From: a virus
Taxonomy: Duplodnaviria > Caudoviricetes
Virus record (IMG/VR): IMGVR_UViG_3300028886_000036
Coordinates: 192,001-256,000 of that record
Length of the DNA: 64,000 nucleotides
Direction: 5' to 3' (one strand)
Part shown: in pieces, positions 47,508 through 56,195 of the stretch
How the letters are laid out: each line of letters begins with the position of its first letter
Position numbering within the stretch: the first letter of the stretch is position 1
Translations under genes and position numbers: made by a program
The notes under the pieces: generated by a model
Told to the model about the DNA's origin: nothing
Database searches by the model: none
Seen by the model: the letters and a program-made list of their open reading frames with translations, nothing else

Positions 47508-49163
47508 ATGGATAATATTTTGGGAGAACTTAGACAGATTCTGGATAATAATAGAGAGTTTATGGGTAGTGAATTTTTGTCAGTGTATTCTAGATTGGTA
47601 TTTGGTAAAAAGACTGATCCTACAGTATTGAAGTCAGCATCATATCTCTGTAAAGAATTTAAATATTTTATTGAGAGAGTAAAAGATAAACAGAATACTA
47701 TTGGAGTTACTCTTATTACTTTGGATTCTTTACAGCAGAAGATGTTACAGTATGTTAGTAAGAGTTTTAATAATAAAAGTAAAGTAATTGATGGAGATGT
47801 AGCTCTAGAGAAATATAAGAATTTTATTAATAACGATGTATCAATCAGTTATGAAGATAAGCAGAAAGCATTAAGTATTACCACTCAAGAAGATCTTCAG
47901 TTGGATGTAGTGAATGAAATCCAAACTAGTTTTTCTAATAAGAAATGTATGTTCAATTCATTAGGTCAGTATGAGATACTTAAGACTTTTATTAATAGTG
48001 GTTATAATGAATGTGAAAACTGGGGAGAATTTGTAGATAAGTTTCATAAGTTGTTAGGTACAGCACTTTTGGATGTACAAGCTTATACTTATGATGCGGC
48101 TAATTCATTAGATCTATCTAGTATGACTATTGAAGATGTAGTTAATAATAATAATCAAGTCACCAAGATTAGTACTGGGTATAATATGTTTGATAAAGTA
48201 CTTCAGGGTGGTTTTCAGAATCAAAGAGTGTATATGTTTGGTGGTATTTCTGGTGGTGGTAAATCTCTAGTATTGGTTAATTTTGCATTTAGAGCGAAGT
48301 TGTTTTTGGATAAGAAATATCCAAAAGAAGAAAGATCTAAACATACTGTATTGTATATTTCATTAGAGAATAGCACTAAAGAAACTGGTGATAGATTTAT
48401 TTGTTGTGCATTGGGTCAATCTATTGCTCAAATTGAAAATGGGTTTAGTAGTTTGAAAGATCAGTATAACTACAGCATTAAAGAAGTATTTAATCCAGAT
48501 AATGCTAGAATCAATATCACATATAGACCAGCTAAAAGTATCGATATCTATGATATCCAAACTATTATTACCGATATTGAAAGAAGTACAAAAAGTAAAG
48601 TAGATATTTTGTTTGTGGATTATGCAGATAAAATGTCTGCAGTGAATGCGTCTAAATCAGATCAAGAATGGAGAGATCTTGGTTATATTGTTGATGAATT
48701 GAAATCATTATCTATTTCATTGGATATCCCGGTAGTTACAGTTACACAGCTTAATAGAGAAACTTATAAGGGGAAAGGCAAAGGTAATGAGTTCAGTATT
48801 AATGGTGGTAATATCTCTGGTTCAATTAGAAAAAGAGAGAATGTTGACTTCTTTACTATCTTCAACTTCAAAGCCAAAGAAGAAGAAGAAATCAGTATGA
48901 ATGATAATCCTGATGAAGTCTTTGATGATAGAAAAGATGTTATGAAACCAATTGAACCAGTATATTGTATAGTTGATAAAAACAGAATGGGCCCAGATAA
49001 TCTGAAGTTCCAAGTATATATTGATTATCCAACTTACAGAATGCTTAATTACCCAAGTGAGAATATTAGTACTAGTTTCTATCATAATGGCAGTATTGAA
49101 AAAGTTATGATTGATGAAGATGAAAGTAAGCTTGATGAAAAATTAAGAGATACAATGCTTTAA
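47508..49163 (+). CDS. replicative helicase (DnaB/gp41-like)
   Basis: STGY..FD..L.GG, GGISGGGKS, ISLEN, VDYAD, TVTQLNR, KNR.G. Confidence 0.92.
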   Translation: MDNILGELRQILDNNREFMGSEFLSVYSRLVFGKKTDPTVLKSASYLCKEFKYFIERVKDKQNTIGVTLITLDSLQQKMLQYVSKSFNNKSKVIDGDVALEKYKNFINNDVSISYEDKQKALSITTQEDLQLDVVNEIQTSFSNKKCMFNSLGQYEILKTFINSGYNECENWGEFVDKFHKLLGTALLDVQAYTYDAANSLDLSSMTIEDVVNNNNQVTKISTGYNMFDKVLQGGFQNQRVYMFGGISGGGKSLVLVNFAFRAKLFLDKKYPKEERSKHTVLYISLENSTKETGDRFICCALGQSIAQIENGFSSLKDQYNYSIKEVFNPDNARINITYRPAKSIDIYDIQTIITDIERSTKSKVDILFVDYADKMSAVNASKSDQEWRDLGYIVDELKSLSISLDIPVVTVTQLNRETYKGKGKGNEFSINGGNISGSIRKRENVDFFTIFNFKAKEEEEISMNDNPDEVFDDRKDVMKPIEPVYCIVDKNRMGPDNLKFQVYIDYPTYRMLNYPSENISTSFYHNGSIEKVMIDEDESKLDEKLRDTML

Positions 49164-49211
49164 GAGAATAAAATAAAAAGGCCGCGATGTAGCTGCGGCC
49201 TTTTTCCATTT

Positions 49212-49868
49212 TTACTCCTTAATAATCAACTTCCCGATTGCTGATTCTCCGCGAAACATAGTACGGAATGTCCGAGACAGAATTCCATAATTTCCGCACT
49301 CATTCGTGTCTGGAAACACTGACCAGCAGAATCCTGGAACATCCAATTTTAAGTCTTTAGAGTGATCATCAAGACGGAATACCTTTGAGACCTGTGTATA
49401 GGTATCCTTTTCTGGAACCCATGTCTCCACGGAAGTTCTCGGGCACCACAGATTGGAGGCATCGTATTCCTCCTCCGTTTCGTAATGCCCTTTGATCGTT
49501 CCTGTCTTTACTTTCCGACCATACGTGACGTATACTCCGCTATTTGGGCCGATCTTGATTTCGACCCCCAAAAATAGTCCGTTCCTTTCAATGCAATATG
49601 GTTCGTATAACGGGAGCGGTTTAACGTCGGGCCATACCGCGCCATCTCGTAATGTGACTGGAATGTCCGGGATTTCCACCCGGAATTCCTCCGGGGCCAT
49701 GAATCGCCCCAGTGTCTCCCAGTATGGCGCAGATACTGCATCACCCAGTATTTCTTCAAACGGATAAAACTTAAAGTATTTCACTATCATTGTGGCTTTC
49801 ATTTTGTCATCCTCCGAGGGCAGTTGCCCAAAAACGCAGAGCCAGTTGTTAAGAGGATCTAGGATCAC
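49212..49868 (-). CDS. hypothetical protein (GC-richer inverted cassette)
   Basis: class-I motif at 49917; terminator at ~49175-49205. Confidence 0.65.
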   Translation of the reverse strand: MILDPLNNWLCVFGQLPSEDDKMKATMIVKYFKFYPFEEILGDAVSAPYWETLGRFMAPEEFRVEIPDIPVTLRDGAVWPDVKPLPLYEPYCIERNGLFLGVEIKIGPNSGVYVTYGRKVKTGTIKGHYETEEEYDASNLWCPRTSVETWVPEKDTYTQVSKVFRLDDHSKDLKLDVPGFCWSVFPDTNECGNYGILSRTFRTMFRGESAIGKLIIKE

Positions 49869-49988
49869 TCTCCAAACCTAGCTGATGGACATTGATTATA
49901 TGTCCTGTCACTGCCCTAATATATATACAAATGAAAATAGAAAAATAAATAAAAAGAAGACCTAAATAGTATAGGTCTTCTTTTAATC

Positions 49989-50291
49989 TTATAACCAAAG
50001 AGTAAATTCTAAGTCATCTAACCTATAGATAATTTTACCTCTAGTTTGTGCTCCCTTTATCTTTTTTAGTTCAGTTTCTTCTTTTACTACGACATTATAC
50101 TTTCCAGATATTTCTTCTTTAATCAGATCAGCATTAATTATAGACATATGGAAAGTACGATAATACCATACTTTTATATACTTGTTTTCATCTTCAAGAC
50201 AAAATAATGTAAACCAATCTTTATATTTACCACATATAACTGGAATTTCGTGCATATGTCGATTACCCTGAGTTAACCCTAAACAACTCAT
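49989..50291 (-). CDS. hypothetical protein (inverted cassette)
   Basis: GGAGG RBS; class-I motif at 50326. Confidence 0.6.
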   Translation of the reverse strand: MSCLGLTQGNRHMHEIPVICGKYKDWFTLFCLEDENKYIKVWYYRTFHMSIINADLIKEEISGKYNVVVKEETELKKIKGAQTRGKIIYRLDDLEFTLWL

Positions 50292-50402
50292 AACAAACAC
50301 CTCCAAAGAGATTAAGATACTTTCATTATATACTTATGAATAAAGCATAGACTAAATAAAAAGAAGACCCTAAACTTCAGGGCCTTCTTTTTAATATTAT
50401 AG

Positions 50403-50597
50403 TTACTTCTCGTTCTTAACGCGTTCGATACGTAAGCCTTTCAAGCAATCCCACAATTTCGGGGAATACTCTGATTTATAGCTACTTACGAAAATAGCGT
50501 GCCGGATGCAATATATGATTGCTTCCGGCACCCGAAACAATCCGCAGCCAACAACGTGTGCTGCGGACAACCCGCAATCGATACTAACGTTAAACAT
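50403..50597 (-). CDS. small hypothetical protein (64 aa) behind structured leader B
   Basis: GGAGGT RBS then MFNVSID. Confidence 0.6.
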   Translation of the reverse strand: MFNVSIDCGLSAAHVVGCGLFRVPEAIIYCIRHAIFVSSYKSEYSPKLWDCLKGLRIERVKNEK

Positions 50598-50601
50598 CGT
50601 A

Positions 50602-50692
50602 TACCTCCACCTGCCCGAGATAAGACAGTGGGTTAACCAGGTTAACCTCTGTCGAACTGCGTTTTGCAGTTTCTCTGAAAGCAGATTCACTG
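50602..50692 (-). ncRNA. structured 5' leader RNA, copy B
   Basis: near-identical to 32040-32130. Confidence 0.7.
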
Positions 50693-50742
50693 TCCTAATA
50701 TATATACAAACAGAAATTGGTTATAGAACCAATAATAAAAAC

Positions 50743-50809
50743 TTGATCAGATCAGATTCGAACTGATGACCTTCACTAATGTGATACTCTACCTCTGAGC
50801 TACTGATCA
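50743..50809 (-). ncRNA. tRNA mimic with truncated anticodon arm
   Basis: TGATCAG TA GCTC AGAGGTA GAGT A TCAC ATTA GTGA AGGTC ATCAG TTCGAAT CTGAT CTGATCA; own class-I motif at 50849. Confidence 0.8.
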
Positions 50810-50915
50810 CCCTCTCGGGAAAATATATAAAACTTAAATACGCTCTTTTAATATACATATAAACAAGAATTAAAAAGAAAACTCCTAGGTGTGTGCTAGG
50901 AGTTATAAATTGTTA

Positions 50916-51407
50916 TTATTTAATGAAGTCTTGTAAAGTAAAAGCTTTGGTATCAAGCTTTTCTTTGACAATCTTTTCTTCTTTTTCCTTTTCAAGACGA
51001 ATTTGCTTTTTCATGAATCTGGCAATATCTTCTTCAGACTCAATATCATTAATAGACATATCTTTAGGATTATATTTCTCAATGGTTACATCCATATTAG
51101 GAAGTGCTATGAATGACCACCATTCAGATCCATCATACTCGGATCTTTTGAGATATGACTGGTCATTAAATACTACTTGGCATCCAAGCCATACTACTTC
51201 GCATCCATAACCGTTGTAATAGTTAAAGTCTGAAGATATCCTTTCAAAATCTTCCCAAGAAACAGCTGTGGAAGGATCTTTATGAAAGAATTCTTTTTCC
51301 TTATTTTTAACTACCACATGATGCACGTCCTTAGGAGAATGCCCACTCTTTTCAATTGCTTGAATAGTTTCTTCAAGCAAATTGATGTTAGGCTTGTCAT
51401 ATGACAC
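50916..51407 (-). CDS. hypothetical phage protein
   Basis: Y.NGYG...VF.D...L.R.EYDGSEWW motif; class-I motif at 51481. Confidence 0.7.
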   Translation of the reverse strand: MSYDKPNINLLEETIQAIEKSGHSPKDVHHVVVKNKEKEFFHKDPSTAVSWEDFERISSDFNYYNGYGCEVVWLGCQVVFNDQSYLKRSEYDGSEWWSFIALPNMDVTIEKYNPKDMSINDIESEEDIARFMKKQIRLEKEKEEKIVKEKLDTKAFTLQDFIK

Positions 51408-51534
51408 ACTAACACCTCCAACAAAAGATATTTATTTTGAACTACTCTATTCACACACAAAAGAGTAGTAGATACTTAGTTAATATATTTATGAAAGACA
51501 GAGCAAAAAGAAACCTATGCCTAATGTTACAGCA

Positions 51535-51768
51535 TAGTAAAGAAAACATATAGTTTTCTTTTCCGTGAAGGTTTCTATCTCCTATCCTTATAAGGACGGG
51601 CGCTTAGTCTCTGATACACCAAACGGGGTGAGTGTATCTTCACTTAAGCACCTACCTTATAGAGCAGGTTAGGAGATCCAACACGATACGCAGCTCAGCT
51701 AGCTTGCGCCTGAATCGGCAAGCTCAGAACTGAGTTACGCAGCCCCAGATTACTCATAGGACACTCGT
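51535..51768 (-). ncRNA. stand-alone structured ncRNA (~230 nt)
   Basis: class-I motif at 51770, no ORF with RBS, two long G.U-containing hairpins. Confidence 0.7.
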
Positions 51769-51856
51769 ATAATATATATACAACCTGAATTAAGTTTTAT
51801 ACATTAGATAACAAAAAGAAACCCCACAGTCATCACGACGTTGGGTTTCTTTTATT

Positions 51857-52402
51857 TTAGCAAACTTTTACCTCCTTCTTTCTGGCGATCTTGCATGCCA
51901 GAGAACACCCCCAAAACAACATAAGGGCCACAGTAAGAAGTGTAGGTCTAATACTATTAACAGTCGCCCCAGTATATAACCACGTTGGGATTACTGACGC
52001 CAGAATATTCCAACTGCTGTGATTAATGTACCAGAAAACTTTCATACGCTTATTGCTATAATGGTAATAGCACAACCCAGATGCCGCGTGAAGCAGCATC
52101 ATTGGCAGTCTAAATACCATAAACAACCCGACTCCAAACCACGCGATCTGGTAGGAGTAGAGAAAAGCCTCGAAGAAAGCATAAACTACCGCTTCTTTCT
52201 TGCTGCTGCAGTGCCTCATCTTAAAGGATTCTTCTAACCATGGAACCCAAAGGCACATCACTACGGATGTTACAATTCCAAACGCACTCATTGCTACGTA
52301 ATAATGATTATTGATGCTATATACGCAGCCCCCTACAGCAACCCCCGCTACGATCAACGGCTTCCACATGGTGCAAATGAAATCTTTGAGATACTGTTTC
52401 AT
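51857..52402 (-). CDS. multi-pass membrane protein behind a structured leader
   Basis: AGGAGG RBS before MKQYLK; several hydrophobic segments; class-I motif at 52509. Confidence 0.7.
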   Translation of the reverse strand: MKQYLKDFICTMWKPLIVAGVAVGGCVYSINNHYYVAMSAFGIVTSVVMCLWVPWLEESFKMRHCSSKKEAVVYAFFEAFLYSYQIAWFGVGLFMVFRLPMMLLHAASGLCYYHYSNKRMKVFWYINHSSWNILASVIPTWLYTGATVNSIRPTLLTVALMLFWGCSLACKIARKKEVKVC

Positions 52403-52629
52403 AGTATCCCTCCTACTCCACCTGAGCAAATGCCAGGCCGACCCACTGGTCTGCACCTTGGCTAGACACCGACCGATTCGGTGTGCTCTAATAGTAGAGT
52501 CACTTGCGTAATATATATACAACTAAAATTAAGTTCTAGCAAAAAGAAAAGTTCATTTCGTATACAGATAATAATTATTTTTGAACTATTCTTTTTTATT
52601 TCAGTCAAACATCCCTTAATTTAAATTAA

Positions 52630-52821
52630 CTACTTTTCATCTGGATATAATTCACCAGCTACAAATACTACAGTTTGATATCCAGTACTATTGATAACTA
52701 TAAATGATCTGCCATCAAAAGTATAAGGATATCCACTATTAGAACTATCACTAACAGTATTGTTATGTCTGTTATCATCTTTGTTCACCTTATAAAAGAT
52801 GGTATCTCTGTAACTACTCAT
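52630..52821 (-). CDS. small hypothetical protein
   Basis: coupled to the upstream ORF. Confidence 0.5.
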   Translation of the reverse strand: MSSYRDTIFYKVNKDDNRHNNTVSDSSNSGYPYTFDGRSFIVINSTGYQTVVFVAGELYPDEK

Positions 52822-53119
52822 CTTCTTCATCCTCTTCAGGAGAACAAATCGTGATAGCTCCAATTGAATCTAATGGGACTATGTACTTATCATTTTCCAT
52901 TATAAAGTCTTCATCAGACTCATCTGGAAAATAGATATTGATCTCAAGATGAAGTTCACCAATTAAATTAGTGATAACTTCTCTCTTGGTATACATACCC
53001 ATTTTCTTTAATTCAGAGTATTCATCTTTAGAAAGCCTTATAATGCTTTCTTTCTGATGATTGCTCTCAATCAAAAACCTATTGTCCGCAAAGTTGTAGT
53101 AGTTGTAATTATAGTCCAT
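52814..53119 (-). CDS. hypothetical protein
   Basis: GAGGAGG RBS; structured leader 53165-53266. Confidence 0.65.
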   Translation of the reverse strand: MDYNYNYYNFADNRFLIESNHQKESIIRLSKDEYSELKKMGMYTKREVITNLIGELHLEINIYFPDESDEDFIMENDKYIVPLDSIGAITICSPEEDEEDE

Positions 53120-53340
53120 TACAATCTACCTCCTCATATCGTACTCTCCTTTCAAAAGAGTAATAAAGTGTATAGTCTAATCTAAACGAAAAGACTTTTC
53201 TGAATGACTCAAACAAGCACTATTACTTGCTTGAATAAATCAGTGGATTAGACTGACTTACACTTATGAAATATATATGTATGTGAGAAGTTAATAAAAA
53301 ATATAGTGGGCGCATAGACTCCCACTATATTTCTGTAAAA

Positions 53341-53814
53341 CTACTCGTCTACGATGTCACACAACTTATCATACATCATATCAAGTACTTCTAAATCCTT
53401 TTGAGCATTAACCATTTTTAAGATATCATTTCTCACTTCCTCTATTTTCTTATTCAATTCAGATTCTGTAAACCTATATCCGAGCAGATCTAATACTAAA
53501 CATTTTTTCTCATCATTAAGCGCATACTGCCATAATACATACTTCCACTGATTAAACTTCACACAATTCCAATGAGGCTCGTCATCAGCTGCCTCGATAT
53601 AACTAAGCCTTGGAATATCGAACATATCCTTAAGTATTTCATTAGTTGATACACGAACACTTACATCCTCTTTAGAGAAGTCCTTAATAAGTTCGGATGG
53701 TTTGTTATATACTCGAACATCTACACCCATCTTATCAAGAGCTTTCTTAACCTTCTCCCACGGTGTTTCGTAGAACATCTTCTTTTCCCACTCGCGCTTT
53801 ACATAGTCATACAT
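53341..53814 (-). CDS. hypothetical protein
   Basis: AAGGAGG RBS; class-I motif at 53875. Confidence 0.65.
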   Translation of the reverse strand: MYDYVKREWEKKMFYETPWEKVKKALDKMGVDVRVYNKPSELIKDFSKEDVSVRVSTNEILKDMFDIPRLSYIEAADDEPHWNCVKFNQWKYVLWQYALNDEKKCLVLDLLGYRFTESELNKKIEEVRNDILKMVNAQKDLEVLDMMYDKLCDIVDE

Positions 53815-53960
53815 TTTAAACCCTCCTTAGGGTAAAATAGATATTGTCTTCCTATAAAAGGTAAGACAGTATAATTATATACATATAAAGAAGAGAACTT
53901 TTATTTAGAGGATTCTCTTTTATAAAGATTTAGTTCTATTGATTGCTTAATAAAAATAAA

Positions 53961-53987
53961 GAGCAGTTTTACGTCATGCTCAGGACA
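53961..53987 (-). repeat. 3' pseudoknot-like element, copy 1
   Basis: TGTCCTGAGCATGACGTAAAACTGCTC; repeated at 55833-55859. Confidence 0.7.
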
Positions 53988-53993
53988 GGCTGG

Positions 53994-54290
53994 TTACTTG
54001 ATGATCTTCAGAACTTCGTCCGCGATTTCTTCTGGACAGTCCTTAACTCCCACGGCTTCTCTGAATTCGCTCAAGATTTGGCGCAGGTTCTCTGGCAAAT
54101 GCCCGAGTTTCTCAAGGTCGTTGTAAATCTTCACTACAGAGAAATTGAAAACTTTCTCACCAAGCGCCTTTAAGAGCTCTTCATAAAGAGGGTAGTTTAA
54201 AGACTTAACCCACATATTGTGGGTTGTCTCTGAAGCAGTTCCCTTCAGCTCTTTGTGGATTACCAAGTACCACGTATACTGAATTGTCAT
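53994..54290 (-). CDS. hypothetical protein
   Basis: GGAGG RBS; class-I motif at 54343. Confidence 0.65.
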   Translation of the reverse strand: MTIQYTWYLVIHKELKGTASETTHNMWVKSLNYPLYEELLKALGEKVFNFSVVKIYNDLEKLGHLPENLRQILSEFREAVGVKDCPEEIADEVLKIIK

Positions 54291-54402
54291 TTTTATCCAC
54301 CTCCACGGTTAAGGGATGACATACCCTTGTAAGATATTCTATTAATATATATACACCCAGAATTAAAAAAAAAGAGAACCCTCATATAGAGGATTCTCTT
54401 CT

Positions 54403-55293
54403 TTATTTTTTAATAAACTTTATAACTTCTTTAGCAACCCATTCAGCAGTCTTTTCCATCATATATTTTCTTGGGTCAGCATTCTTATATGAATCTAAAT
54501 ATACAGTACTGAACATATCTTTCTCAATCTTTTTAATAGGCAATACTTCATGATGTTCTCTATCTAAAGCATGACCTAATTCATGTGCAATAATAAAGAT
54601 ATACCAATCTTGCACAGAAGTCTGGTTAGCTTTCCAATAATTCCAAACTGCTTTATAGTCTGGATTAATATAGATCTTACCGTTATGACAGTATGACCCA
54701 CCGGACCATCCTATTGGTTTACCTTTAACTATACTACCATCATTATAATGTGGAAATGGTGAGATAACTAATTTGATATAAGATAAGTCTACGCCAAACA
54801 TCTTATTGATTACTTTAACTACTATACTATAGCAAGTTTTAATTGTGTTTCTAACTGAAGGATTAAGTAATTGATCTACTATATAGTTACTCAATGAATC
54901 ACAGTATGATTCTTCTTGTAAAGTACTAGTAGTACTATTTTGTATCTTAAGATCTATAGTGTAACTAGTTTGTATTATAGATACTTTAGGTCTAGTATAG
55001 TTATGATAAACTATATGAGCTAATTCATGAGCTATAAGATTATATAAAAATAATTTATAGTTTCTAATTGATTGAAGTTTCTTAAACACTACTATTGGTC
55101 TAATACAAATTATTTCTGGATTGGTTTCCCAGCAAGCACATCCATCACTATCTTCATAACCACTAATTGGTCTAGCCTTTTCATCTAATACCTGATTACT
55201 AAATATAAGTTGTACTTGAGATAGATCTATATTAAACTTAAGCTTATAATAGTGTTTAACTATATTAAAGATTTTAATAATCTTTTCTTTCAT
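54403..55293 (-). CDS. tandem two-domain HExxH zincin-like protein
   Basis: IAHELAH and IAHELGH in duplicated domains. Confidence 0.7.
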   Translation of the reverse strand: MKEKIIKIFNIVKHYYKLKFNIDLSQVQLIFSNQVLDEKARPISGYEDSDGCACWETNPEIICIRPIVVFKKLQSIRNYKLFLYNLIAHELAHIVYHNYTRPKVSIIQTSYTIDLKIQNSTTSTLQEESYCDSLSNYIVDQLLNPSVRNTIKTCYSIVVKVINKMFGVDLSYIKLVISPFPHYNDGSIVKGKPIGWSGGSYCHNGKIYINPDYKAVWNYWKANQTSVQDWYIFIIAHELGHALDREHHEVLPIKKIEKDMFSTVYLDSYKNADPRKYMMEKTAEWVAKEVIKFIKK

Positions 55294-55772
55294 TGTGGTA
55301 TACCATTAAAAGCTATTGATTTAGCTCTATATCTTACATCATCTGTAACTTCTTTACCAAACCAATTGGGTGGGATAAATTGTTTAGCAGATCTTATATC
55401 TGGAAATTCTACTTCTACAGTGATAAGTCCTTTAGCATTACCACTATATATTGAGATACCAGCAAATCCTATATCAACAACTGTTTTTGATAATGATGCT
55501 TTTGATACTTTTTTAAGTGAGTTATATTCTTCAGGAGTAAGCCTCTTTTCTATTTCGGTTCTAACCATTCCATTACCGGATTTAATAGCCATTTTATAGA
55601 TTACTCCATATCCCTGTATTTGGATCTTACTACATCTTAACTCACCAGAACCATCTATCAAAACATAATTATGAACTAACTTATGTACAGATTCAATCTT
55701 AAATTGCTTAAGATTAGGTAATCTATCAATTACCCAGACCCTTTCTATTTCTTGGCCTGATTGAAATGCCAT
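55290..55772 (-). CDS. CYTH-domain protein (triphosphate tunnel metalloenzyme)
   Basis: EIER, K.G.G.VR.E.E, VEVEF, P.WFG.EVT.D.RY motifs. Confidence 0.88.
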   Translation of the reverse strand: MAFQSGQEIERVWVIDRLPNLKQFKIESVHKLVHNYVLIDGSGELRCSKIQIQGYGVIYKMAIKSGNGMVRTEIEKRLTPEEYNSLKKVSKASLSKTVVDIGFAGISIYSGNAKGLITVEVEFPDIRSAKQFIPPNWFGKEVTDDVRYRAKSIAFNGIPQ

Positions 55773-55832
55773 TTATAACAACTCCTTTATAGAGATTTAG
55801 TTCTACTATTTGTTCAATAAAAAATAAAAGAA

Positions 55833-55859
55833 GAGCAGTTTAACGTCATGCTCAGGACA
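55833..55859 (-). repeat. 3' pseudoknot-like element, copy 2
   Basis: TGTCCTGAGCATGACGTTAAACTGCTC. Confidence 0.7.
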
Positions 55860-55864
55860 ATTTC

Positions 55865-56077
55865 TTAATAGGTTTCTTCCTCCACAAGCCCCTTGAAGTA
55901 CACTACTTGCTGTTCACCGTATGCATTCCAGCTAAACGAATGTTTCTTCTTAGCTTCGTCAAGAGTATTGAATGGACCGGCGATAAACACATCAGCGCTT
56001 GGTGCGGACATACCATTCGCTGAGGATGTACCAACAACGCAATACCATTTACTGCATTCTTTTTTGCTTCCGAACAT
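55865..56077 (-). CDS. small hypothetical protein (70 aa)
   Basis: AGGAGG RBS before MFGSKK; class-I motif at 56128. Confidence 0.6.
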   Translation of the reverse strand: MFGSKKECSKWYCVVGTSSANGMSAPSADVFIAGPFNTLDEAKKKHSFSWNAYGEQQVVYFKGLVEEETY

Positions 56078-56195
56078 TTTATTTCCTCCTAAAGATAAGA
56101 TTGCCCCACATAGTAAGGTTACTTTCTTAATATATTTATAAAAAAATTTGAACAAATATAGAGTATATATTTTACAAAGAAAAGAGGTGAATCCT

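Noticed and set aside
50743-50809. Ochre-suppressor tRNA (TTA in the loop)
   Set aside because: The loop is 4 nt with a 4-bp stem and lacks U33, so it is not a decoding geometry; TAA is also the commonest stop here.
51535-51768. Retron msr-msd
   Set aside because: No reverse transcriptase in the window, and no a1/a2 inverted repeat enclosing the whole RNA.
52403-52522. N-terminal extensions of ORFs 51857, 60292, 50403 and 55865 given in the ORF track
   Set aside because: They start within or run through promoter and leader sequence; strong RBSs point to downstream ATGs.
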